Of a stretch of DNA of 17,899 nt, positions 8,372 to 17,786 are shown piece after piece. The notes below the pieces were generated by a model. The model was not told the DNA's origin and ran no database searches. It saw only the letters and a list, made by a program, of their open reading frames with translations. The DNA lies in NCBI RefSeq assembly GCF_006345805.1, contig NW_021824561.1:1-17899 (forward strand), written 5' to 3'. The first letter of the stretch is position 1, and every line of letters starts with the position of its first letter. The position numbers and the translations under genes are program-made. The stretch is from Octopus sinensis. Its lineage: Eukaryota.

Positions 8372-8495
8372 AGCAGAAGAGCGTAGGCTCGAAATGTCGA
8401 AGAGGTCAATATAAATCTAATCCGTTTGTCCTGAGTGCCAAACCTCTATACCCTTATTGTATTTCCTTCGCCTCTCTCTGCCATTTACTTTTGCC
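8372..8495 (+). mobile_element. Third, more diverged Penelope-like unit with partial hammerhead-like motif
   Basis: GAAGAGCGTAGGCTCGAAATGTC (8376-8398), then TCCTGAGTGCCA and a pyrimidine-rich stretch resembling 8079-8180. Confidence 0.55.
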
Positions 8496-8662
8496 TTTTT
8501 TTGATCATTTTGAACTAATATATATGTATATCTGTGTGAGTGTGTATGTGTGTGTTCGTTCGATAGGAGCAGTTTCTATGGTGATTGTAAGATAACCGAA
8601 TGCGTGGGATCGATACATACATCCTGGAATTCGACCTTTTGATCGATTCATAAGTTCACTAT

Positions 8663-8778
8663 TATGTGCGTGTTGTGTGCGCCTGTGCACATGTCTATCT
8701 ATACACACGCGCGCACACACACACATATACACACAGACGCACACGCATACACACACAGACACACACATGCATACACAC
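8663..8778. repeat. Imperfect (TG)n/(CA)n microsatellite
   Basis: Direct reading. Confidence 0.85.
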
Positions 8779-9425
8779 AATCATATAGAAATGGGTGAGT
8801 AGATAGCGGTCAAATTTCCAACCGAATATATTCTGCTGTTCGCCCAAGGAAACCGAATTAGATGTCGCTTCCACAGATACATTTACCTTTAATGTTATTC
8901 TCCAGTGGAATGAACGCAATATAATGTGATCAGTTTGATTCATTGAATTACAGATACAACCCATCCGTCGGGCTTCTATGTAGTTTCCGATCCGCTGTTA
9001 TTGAAAATTATACTATATTTCATCGAATTGACCATGAAGCTCGAACACAGATAAAGGTTGCTGCGGGCTGGACGGAGACTTAATGTGTATGAAAACGACA
9101 AAAATGGGGGAAAAAAGGGAGGGGCACCGGAGCCCGCGACCGATAACCCCTCGAAATCACTGTTCAATTTAAATCAATTTAAATCAACATTATAATCACA
9201 AAAATTCAAAAATTACAATTACAAATTACAAAAATATGTTTTTCATTATTCTTTGTCTTCCTCATTCGGGCCCCCAAGTAAGTTTTTCTGCCGCATGCAG
9301 GGAAACCTGCATCGGCAGGCCTTGAAAATGATACTTGCTGTGTGGTTAAAACTGGAATTTCACATTTGCGAAACATACATCTTAATCATATGCCCAGACT
9401 ATGTGCTCTTATATGTGTATGGAGG

Positions 9426-9658
9426 AGGCGGCGAGCTGGCAGACACGTTAGCGCGCCGGGCAGAATGCTTAGCGGTATTTCGTCTGTCGTTACGTTCTGA
9501 GTTCAAATTCCGCCGAGGTCGACTTTGCCTTTCATCCTTTCGGGGTCGATAAATAAAAGTACCAGTTTCGCACTGGGGTCGATGTAATCGACTTAATCCC
9601 TTTGTCTGTCCTTGTTTGTCCTCTCTATGTTTAGCCCCTTGTGGGCAATAAAGAAATA
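9426..9658 (+). mobile_element. Young group A SINE monomer (defines unit length)
   Basis: 16-bp TSD TATATGTGTATGGAGG at 9410-9425 and 9659-9674; ends AATAAAGAAATA. Confidence 0.95.
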
Positions 9659-9717
9659 TATATGTGTATGGAGGTGTGCGTGAGTGTGCGTGTATATATG
9701 TTTGTGCCTGTGTGCGT

Positions 9718-9720
<3 letters not shown>

Positions 9721-9760
<40 letters not shown>
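9721..9760. repeat. (GA)n microsatellite
   Basis: Direct reading. Confidence 0.95.
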
Positions 9761-9764
<4 letters not shown>

Positions 9765-9848
9765 TGTGTATGTATTTGAACTTTTATTATTTTACTTGGC
9801 CAGTTCATTGACAGTGGCCAAGCTTGGGTAAGGTATACTTCTTCAAGT

Positions 9849-10235
9849 TGTGGAGGCGCAATGGCCCAGTGGTTAGGGCAGCGGACTTGCGGTCATAGGA
9901 TCGCGGTTTCGATTCCCAGACCGGGCGTTGTGAGTGTTTATTGAGCGAAAACACCTAAAGCTCCACGAGGCTCCGGCAGGGGGTGGTGGTGAACCCTGCT
10001 GTACTCTTTCACCACAACTTTCTCTCACTCTTACTTCCTGTTTCTGTTGTACCTATATTTCAAAGGGCCGGCCTTGTCACTCTCTGTGTCACGCTGAATA
10101 TCCCCGAGAACTACGTTAAGGGTACACGTGTCTGTGGAGTGCTCAGCCACTTACACGTTAATTTCATGAGCAGGCTGTTCCGTTGATTCGGATCAACCGG
10201 AACCGTCGTCGTCGTAACCGACGGAGTGCTTCCAC
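9849..10235 (+). mobile_element. Full-length group C tRNA-derived SINE with a second tail type
   Basis: Head GTGGAGGCGCAATGGCCCAGTGGTTAGGGCAGCGGAC ... GGTTTCGATTCCC. 12-bp TSD ACTTCTTCAAGT at 9837-9848 and 10236-10247. Confidence 0.93.
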
Positions 10236-10271
10236 ACTTCTTCAAGTATTCAACGTTAGGATTACAGCTAG

Positions 10272-10497
10272 GTTCACCGCGATCAATTCATCGCAGGAGA
10301 GTTCACTGCCATCAATTCACTGCGTGGAAAGTTTACCGAGAAAATATATTCATAGTATCTCAACATTGATAGGTAAAAAAAAAACTATTTTATTGATAAA
10401 GTAGATAAAAAAAAACGACAGCAAAATTGAAGTTGAAAAATTATGTCAAAAAATTCGTACGGTGAACTTTTCCTGCAGTCAGCTGATGACGGTGAAC
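10272..10497. mobile_element. Putative MITE/foldback element with inverted arrays of ~30-bp subterminal repeats
   Basis: GTTCACCG / GTTCACTG / GTTTACCG at 10272, 10301 and 10331; inverted CGGTGAAC at 10460 and 10490; A-rich interior. Exact termini and TSD not resolved. Confidence 0.5.
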
Positions 10498-10867
10498 TTA
10501 CCAGACATGCAATGTTACTCAATACGTGAGTTTGAAATACCATTTGTGCCTCTTGTATCGTAGTTCCATGCGTAGAATGTGTAGATATTTATTGAAAACA
10601 TTTATATCTCATTTACTTATCTATTGCAGTATACGGTCCTAAGTCTGGATGGGGAACCTGAGAAGTAGTTTTACTATGCGGTGGCGTTCACTTTGAGGCC
10701 AGACATACCTGTTAGTATCACAGTTTGGAGCTGGTTCTTTCCAGGGTCAATAATATCACTTTTGAAGTACAAGTTATTTTTGTAGCTTTGCCAACGCAGA
10801 GTTTTACTTATTTCCTTTGCCCCTATTTATTTATTTATTCATTTATTTATTGGTACAATCGTTAAAG

Positions 10868-10975
10868 GGTTGGACAAATGCTTAGCAGCACTTCTTCCGA
10901 TACTTTATGGCCTAAGTTCAAATCCAGATGAGGTCAACTATCAATTAAGGGTCAATAGAATAAAGTCAAGTACGA
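10868..10975 (+). mobile_element. Highly degenerate group A-like SINE fragment
   Basis: GGACAAATGCTTAGCAGCACTTCTTCCG ... AAGTTCAAATCCAGATGAGGTCAACT resembles the group A head and B box. Confidence 0.55.
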
Positions 10976-11027
10976 GAGTAGATGTAACCCTTCAGCCCAC
11001 TTCCTCTACACTTCATGGTCTTGTGAC

Positions 11028-11159
11028 AAACCGCGATCCTATGACCGCGAGTCCGCTGCCCTAACCACTGGGCTATTGCGCCTCCACAACTTGAAGAAGT
11101 ATACCTTACCCAAGCTTGGCCACTGTCAATGGACTGGCCAAGTAAAAAAATAAAAGTTC
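11028..11159 (-). repeat. 132-bp inverted duplicate of 9778-9909 (unique flank + group C SINE head)
   Basis: The reverse complement aligns without gaps to 9778-9909 with 4 mismatches by manual comparison. Confidence 0.93.
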
Positions 11160-11523
11160 GTCTGCCGCTACGCTCTGAGTTCAAATTCCGCCGAGGTCGA
11201 CTTTGCCTTTCATCCTTTCGGGGTCGATTAAGTAAGTACCAGTTACGCACTGGGGTTGATATAATCGACTTGATCCGTTTGTCTGTCCTTGTTTGTCCTC
11301 GCTGTGTTTAGCCCCTTGTGGGTAGTAAAGAAATAGGTATTTCGTCTGCCGCTACGTTCTCAGTTCAAATTACGCCGAGGTCGACTTTGCATTTCATCTT
11401 TTCGGGGTCGATTAAATATGTACCAGTTACTCACTGGTGTCGATGTAATCGACTTAATACCTTTGTCTGTCCTTGTTTGTCCCCTCTATGTTAAGCCCCT
11501 TTTGGGCAATAAATAAAGAAATA
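11157..11523 (+). mobile_element. Headless group A SINE dimer (two dissimilar bodies)
   Basis: Starts at TTCGTCTGCC. Junction AAAGAAATA|GGTATTTCG at 11335/11336. Ends AAATAAAGAAATA followed by (TA)n. Confidence 0.92.
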
Positions 11524-12099
11524 TATATATTTGCATAGACATACACACTGATATATGTGCTAGCTTGTCTGTGTGTATATACGCGTGCGAGCCTCTGTGT
11601 GTGGACATATGTTTATATTTAATGTTTGCATTTATGTTCAGTTTTAAAGAAAACGATTTTGCATTAATCTAATGGGTTACTCTAATTTCGTAAAGTGCAG
11701 TCTGACGGTGGCTTACTTTACCGAAACTTCGCAGTCAATGTCTATAATACTCTTGTTTAAGAATAATAATTATGTATGTACACACACACACACACACACA
11801 TACACATATATAGGGAGAGAGAGAGATGTGTTCATGCGTAAGTATGTATGCATGCATAATTATGTAAATGTGTATGTGTTTATGCATACATATATTTATG
11901 AACATTTGTGTGTCTAGATATCCGTGGAGCTAGAAACTACAGCTAGGGTGGCCGCGCGGGTATGAGTCAACCCGTGTATAAATACTTTGACTCTCATGAT
12001 AGGAGCTGAAGGGTGCATTATTTCATTTGTGTAATTACCTGTGCTCACGTGCTTATATATATACATACATATATATCACGTGACCGCGTGATATATATG

Positions 12100-12152
12100 T
12101 ATGTATATATATAGATTATATATATATATATATATATATACATATACATATG

Positions 12153-12184
<32 letters not shown>

Positions 12185-12247
12185 CACACACATACATACG
12201 CATATATGTATGTGCTTGTGGTGTATAAATTTTATATCAGTATATAC

Positions 12248-12335
<88 letters not shown>

Positions 12336-12409
12336 ACATACATATATATATTACAATAGATTGTAGAGTGAGAGATAGCGAGTTAGACAGATAGATGTGC
12401 ATATGTATG

Positions 12410-12440
<31 letters not shown>

Positions 12441-12500
12441 ATGTGCGTGTGTGTGTATACATATATATAATGTATGTATGTATGTATGTGCGCGTGTGTG
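12100..12500. repeat. Compound (TA)n/(CA)n/(TG)n/(TATG)n microsatellite field
   Basis: Direct reading; explains the YI / HT / VC ORFs. Confidence 0.93.
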
Positions 12501-12779
12501 TATACAATGTACTTATGCATATATGTGTGTGTTTGTATTCCTGTCGTCCGCGTATGTTTATTGGGTGGATTTGTGCACAGAAGAATATTGTAGTTAAAAT
12601 AGTGAACTTTATTTTTTCTAGGAGAAAATTAAATACTCAAAAACAACAATTAAAGTAATACAAATAAATGAAGGACAATACAAAAACTAGAGAAGACAAA
12701 TAATGCAGAGGCAACATGGATACAACACCCTCTTGAAATATTTGCCATCAACAAATACCAACGACATATTATGTTTTGC

Positions 12780-12780
<1 letters not shown>

Positions 12781-12845
<65 letters not shown>

Positions 12846-12876
12846 CAGCAGTAGTAGTAGTAGTAGTAGTAGTAGT

Positions 12877-12939
<63 letters not shown>

Positions 12940-12953
12940 GGTGGTGGTGGTAA

Positions 12954-12986
<33 letters not shown>
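12781..12986. repeat. (AGT)n trinucleotide array with (AGC)n and (GGT)n blocks
   Basis: Direct reading; explains the poly-S/T/V/Y ORFs. Confidence 0.97.
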
Positions 12987-13135
12987 CGTTCATGATAATG
13001 ATAAAATGAAAAGATGTGAGATGGTGAAAAGGGAAGAAGAATAAAATATTTAGGGATTGGTTTAGTAGATATAACCCCCACATAGTACCAACAGCATATA
13101 CACGTGTTTGTGTGTGTATGCATTTCTCTCTCCTT

Positions 13136-13172
<37 letters not shown>

Positions 13173-13528
13173 ATACTTTTCTTATGATAGAAAACTAGAA
13201 AACTAAATTTCCTTATGGTAGAGAAATAGCTAGTTTTCGCTGCTATTTCTAAATTTCGGTATATGGTGAAACAAATTTTTTGTTGAATCCTAATTATAAC
13301 TGTACTCATAATTATAAGAATTTTTGTTTTAGTTTACCGATAATGGTTCTTTTAACATACCGAACTATTTGGTAAAATTACTGATTATTAATTAATTAAT
13401 TTTGCCCTTTATTATATATATATATGTGCGTGTTTGTGTGTGTGTGTGTGTATCTATAGAGATAGATAGACACATAGACAGACAGATCGACCGACAGGTA
13501 GATAGGTAATTAGAACGACAGACAGTCC

Positions 13529-13543
13529 TATAGATAGATAGAA

Positions 13544-13574
<31 letters not shown>

Positions 13575-13580
13575 AGATAG

Positions 13581-13615
<35 letters not shown>

Positions 13616-13633
13616 TAGATAGATAGATAGATA
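13529..13633. repeat. (AGAT)n tetranucleotide array
   Basis: Direct reading. Confidence 0.95.
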
Positions 13634-13634
13634 A

Positions 13635-13819
13635 CCCTCTAGCATTTAGATTATTCAATCAATTGGAATGATTTGTTAGTCATATTGTTTGAATTAATCA
13701 ATCATCTTGTAGTTTTGAGGTTTTGTAGTGTTGGTGTGTGAGAGCAGAGATCTGGTCAATTTGAACATCAAACAGGTAGAATGCTTAGGCCAGATATGGC
13801 CTGTTCAAATACTAAAGTG
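13635..13819. mobile_element. Putative piggyBac-like MITE
   Basis: Left ATAA|CCCTCTAGCATTTAGA and right TTCAAATACTAAAGTG|TTAA are degenerate inverted termini of the TTAA-CCCTTT...AAAGGG-TTAA type. Confidence 0.55.
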
Positions 13820-14138
13820 TTAATTTATGTTTATCGAAGTATAACTTATATAAGTGCTGAACAAAAATTTATATTGAATTATAATTATTTCGGTGCCTCA
13901 GCAATGTGTGTGTGTGCAAATTGGACAAGTAACTCTTTATACAAATGAGAAAATTTTTTTTCTTAATAAAAGCGGTGAACATTGCATAAACAGAATTCTT
14001 AACTACCTCAGTAAGCATATGGTCAGAAAATGCAAGGGACTCTCATATTGTTGTAGCTGTTGTTATTTTGTTGTGTTCACTGGTTTCACTAAAATCTACA
14101 GTGAAGTCAGTCGAGTTATTTGTTCGTGTAACACCTTC

Positions 14139-14191
14139 AAGCAAAAGTATAGATCTTGAAGCAAAAGTATAGATCTTGAAGCAAAAGTATA
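14139..14191. repeat. 20-bp tandem repeat AAGCAAAAGTATAGATCTTG, about 2.6 copies
   Basis: Direct reading. Confidence 0.9.
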
Positions 14192-14625
14192 TTAAAATCA
14201 GTTATTCAGCAGCTGAGAACAGCGCAGCATCTTTGTCGAACAGTAAGAGTCAAAATAACATTAAATCTTTAACCACTTGCAACAATTCAAAATTAAATTC
14301 TATTTGAAATATATGTACAATATATGGCAGATGTTTAGTTAATTCTTTGTATAACGCGCAAATGCGTTAACAAACTCTTATTGAGCATTCAAAATTATGT
14401 AGGTTTAACGACAAACCCTTTCAAACTATTTTACAATCAACATATTTATACATTTAACAGTCGCGTTAGAAATCCGAGCACATTTTCAAAAGATACTTGG
14501 AATTTTGGACTCCGTAAAGTTTGTATCTATGAGAAGCAGCTCATTCCGCATAAGGTTCAAAACATCTTCAGTCGCAAATAAGAACGAATTATATGTATGC
14601 ATGTGTATATATTCATACAAAAATG

Positions 14626-14703
14626 CATACATACATACGTATGTATGTATGTATGTATGTATGTATGTATGTATGTATGTATGTATGTATGTATGTATGT
14701 ATG
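14626..14703. repeat. (CATA)3 flipping to (TATG)n; 26-bp perfect palindrome at 14626-14651
   Basis: CATACATACATAC|GTATGTATGTATG followed by a continued TATG array. Confidence 0.92.
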
Positions 14704-15589
14704 ATGTCGAACGTAAGAAAAATTTTCGATACCTGCTGAGTAGGACTACACAGAGTATAATTTTTACTATCATTATTAAAATTACTGTCAGCAACGCAAC
14801 CCGAATCTTTCTTCATATAGATATGTACTAACTCTATGAAGGGAGATGCTGAAAAATGCCTCCACTGGAGATATTTATCATTACGCCATCTTTAGTCATG
14901 AACAATATTGTAGGAAAACACACCAAAGACTAGCTGAGAAGATATTTCCTTAAAAAACAATATGTACACTACTTGTTTGACACTTTATCCGTCGTCCCCT
15001 ATCCGTCTCTCCCACAACCTACGCTATGCACACTGCTCCCATTCCAAGAACCACAGTTCTTCGAAGTTCTCTTCTTGTTCGGCCTTTTCTTAATGTGTTG
15101 CTTCACAGAAGTTCAAATTGAACATAATAGATAAGGTAGTCTTTAGATACCTGTGAAAAAGACGAAGTGGTCAAGGTTGAAATGCATTTGATCGTATGTT
15201 TGCTCGACCAGGGAGGAAACAACCAACAACAACAACAGCAGCAGCAGTACTTGCACCAACAGCAGCAATACTTGTACCAACAGCAGTACCAAAGTTTCAA
15301 ATTTGATTTCCAATATTAACACGTTATAAGGACGCAGATGTGACGTTGGAGTTGCTTGTCTTGATTTCGGCACTAATTGAGCAGGTATACAGTCAAAGGC
15401 TGACCATTCATGACTGTCCCCTCATTTTCGTAGTAGTAAAGAATTATGCAGGGCTACATTATCAAAGGTGGATACTGATCTGGTGGGTTTGTCTCTAGAT
15501 TCATCGACAAAGTAGAGGTCCCTATGTGGAATTGTACTATTAATTCTTTTATTTAAAAAAATAAAAACGACTTTGGTAAAATAGGAATT

Positions 15590-15885
15590 TGTGGAGGCAC
15601 ATGGCGTAGTGGTTAGAGCAGCGGACTCGCGTTCTCAGACCAGGCGATGTGTGTGTTTATGAGCGAAACACCTAAGCTCCACGCGGCTCCAGCAGAAGGT
15701 AATGGCGAACTTCTGCTGACTCTTTCGCCACAACTTTCTCTCACTCTGTCCTCCTGCATCTTGCAGCTCACCTGCGACGGACTGGCGTCAAGTCCATGTG
15801 GGGAACCTATACGCCAAGGAAACCGGAAAACCGGCCCTATGAGTTAGGCGTGGCTCGAGAAGGAACAAACGACAATATCAACAAC
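15590..15885 (+). mobile_element. Group C SINE (V-like module, CAA tail) with a deletion in the tRNA head
   Basis: 12-bp TSD AAAATAGGAATT at 15578-15589 and 15886-15897. The head jumps from GGACTCGCG to TTCTCAGACC, losing most of the B box. Confidence 0.9.
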
Positions 15886-15992
15886 AAAATAGGAATTAAG
15901 AAGGTAAACGTTGATAACTAAGTGCTGCAAACTATTTTGTCGGTCACTCTAATGTTCCCATTATGCCAGTTCAATTTAAAAGTTTATTTCTA

Positions 15993-16185
15993 ATTTAGGC
16001 ACAAGGCTAGCCATTTTGAAGGGATGCCAACAATTCTATTTGACTGGTACTTTAATTTATGGATTCTAAAACGTTGGAAGGCAAAGTCAATCTCAGCCGG
16101 ATTGAAGACATGATGTAAACAACTGGAATAGACATTACAAAGTACTTTTCCGCTGCTCTAATGAGTCTTCCAGCTAACTGCTTTT
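15993..16185 (-). mobile_element. Very degenerate group A (A2 tail) SINE
   Basis: TTTAGGCACAAGGCTAGC ... ACTGGTACTTTAATTT ... GAAGGCAAAGTCAATCTCAG. Confidence 0.6.
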
Positions 16186-16388
16186 TCTTTTAATTAATAA
16201 TAATGATGTCAAACGTAAAAGCTAAGCTACAACGCTCCAATCAAGTCCGTATCAATTAATTCGACCTGTTTTAGACTGGTATTTTCGTCACGAATAAATT
16301 AAGCTCCTGCATTAGTTAAGTCAAACAGTTACTTAATGGCCATTTGCTACTGCACCTTAGACGGCGCTGCTAGAACTACAACTGCTGT

Positions 16389-16891
16389 CTTCTTCTTCTC
16401 CTTCTCCCAATCAGGACTCACGTCATTAACCACAAAGAATATTCTCTAATTCGAGCCTACTCTAAGCTACTAAGAATGCGTGTGGCAACTTGAAGATCCA
16501 CCCACCACACGCGATAGACTGGCGGTTGCACGGGCGCGAAAGCTACGTTGTTATCCTCATTCCGTAAACGGTGTCTTTTAACGGGTGGAGAGCTGAATCA
16601 TCCTGGGGTACAGAGGATTCGCAATCTAGACTAGGGTCTGAAAGTTTTATCACACAATAGTGGGTTACACCATGGTTCCTCTGCTCTGTGGCAGAAGTAG
16701 GAAGAAAGAGAGAGAGAAAGTTGTTGGGAAAGAGTACAGCGGGGTTCCCCCCCCCCCCTCACCGCTCGAGCCACGTGGAGCTTAGGTGCTTTTGCTCAAT
16801 AAATACTCACAATGCCCGGTCTGGGAATCGAAACCGCGTTCTTACGACCGCGAGTCCGCTGCCCTAACCACTAGGTCATTGCGCCTCCACT
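16389..16891 (-). mobile_element. Group C SINE with a third, long tail ending in (GAA)n-like repeats
   Basis: Head GTGGAGGCGCAATGACCTAGTGGTTAGGGCAGCGGACTCGCGG on the minus strand. TSD TACAACTGCTGT (16377-16388) / TACAGCTGCTGT (16892-16903), 1 mismatch. Confidence 0.82.
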
Positions 16892-16949
16892 TACAGCTGC
16901 TGTTGCTTCTACTGCCGCCATTGCGGCTCCTACTACTATATCCTAGGCC

Positions 16950-17400
16950 GCTTTAAGACAAAGGCTACCCGGCTGATTGGCATATCACTCACAGACACTC
17001 ATCAACCTCCGGAGCATACTCATACTGTCTCCTCTCTCTGTCTTTGCTACAGAGAGAGGAGACAGCATGCTATGTTTGCTAAGTTCTCCCTCCTTCAGAG
17101 CTGGCTGGGCTTGTGCCACTTCCATTCAAGCACTCCTGATTTATTCGTCTTCTTTGCTCTCATTTCCTGTGTTATGATGAACCACCAACTCAGACCTTGC
17201 ATTAACCATTTGCGCGAATCAGTCCTTCCTCGAGAGAACCTTCGGTCCCCTAGAATTTGCTCCTCGCTCATATCTTTTTTTGCAGATGTGTAGACTTGCA
17301 ATACTTTAGCATCAAAGTTTAAGTCATCAATCACTCCGGTTTGGGAGTGACATTGCAGGATATGGCACTGCCTATTTCTCCAGACTCAAGAACTAATACA
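16950..17400 (+). mobile_element. Decayed CR1-like LINE 3' end (RT C-terminal region + UTR)
   Basis: With frameshifts it reads KATRLIGISLTDTHQPPEHTHTVSSLCLCYR ... SELAGLVPLPFKHS ... INHLRESVLPR ... *NLLLAHIFF.ADVDLQYF. This fits the CR1/L2-type pattern KRA.RLIG...L.HRR.V.SL..FYR...SEL..L.P...NSF.PRT...WNSLP..VFP. Confidence 0.7.
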
Positions 17401-17500
17401 TGTATGTATGTATGTATGTATGTATATATGTCCACACACACAAATATATATATACACAGAAGGACAGAGAGAAGGGGAGAGAGACAGAGAGAAGGAGAGA
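17400..17500. repeat. (TGTA)n, CA/TA and GA-rich simple repeats
   Basis: Direct reading. Confidence 0.85.
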
Positions 17501-17786
17501 GAACAAATGAAAGGGGATTCGGGAATCCAAGAGGTTATCTCAGTACCTCTGTGAATTGCAGCTAACAGAACGTAGAGAAAGGAACAATAGTTCTGTAGAG
17601 ATATTCACTTCAGACAAACTGAAAATTCAGGAAGCTTCTTTCAGTTGTGGAGGATGAAATAACAAAAGAAGAATGGTGTAATAGTAATCATATTTATTCC
17701 ACACTAACAACTGTTTCAGTAATATATCAGTAATAAATCATTTATGAAACATCGAGTATATGATATTGATTACATAATGAAAGATT

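Noticed and set aside
9851-9925. tRNA-like sequences (also about 2870-2944, 3565-3640, 15591-15640, 16820-16890)
   Set aside because: They have A/B boxes but imperfect acceptor and anticodon stems, run into SINE bodies and are mostly bounded by TSDs, so they are SINE heads rather than tRNA genes.
10483-10500. CTGATGA (canonical hammerhead core start) at about 10483
   Set aside because: No stem II followed by GAAA downstream; it lies in the MITE-like repeat arm.
10500-10825. Minus-strand open stretches (AKEISKTLRWQSYKNN...; INIYTFYAWNYDTRG...) with GTATGT/GTAAG donors
   Set aside because: There are in-frame stops or no credible acceptor, and no homology I can name.
1285-11311. Recurrent ORFs starting MRNWY... 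or containing RSEFKFRRGRLCLSSFRGR
   Set aside because: They are incidental frames of group A SINE copies, with variable stops and frameshifts between copies.
14020-14140. Possible minus-strand terminal exon VTRTNNSTDFTVDFSETSEHNKITTATTI*
   Set aside because: The acceptor lies within a 20-bp tandem repeat and nothing else supports it.
265-14831. Long ORFs in the supplied track (VC, HTYI, YI, poly-S/T/V/Y, LSLS repeats)
   Set aside because: They are translations of microsatellites or CT tracts with no protein-like complexity.
14835-14862. Mariner-like terminal sequence TATGAAGGGAGATGCTGAAAAATGCC
   Set aside because: No matching inverted end or transposase remnant was found in the window.
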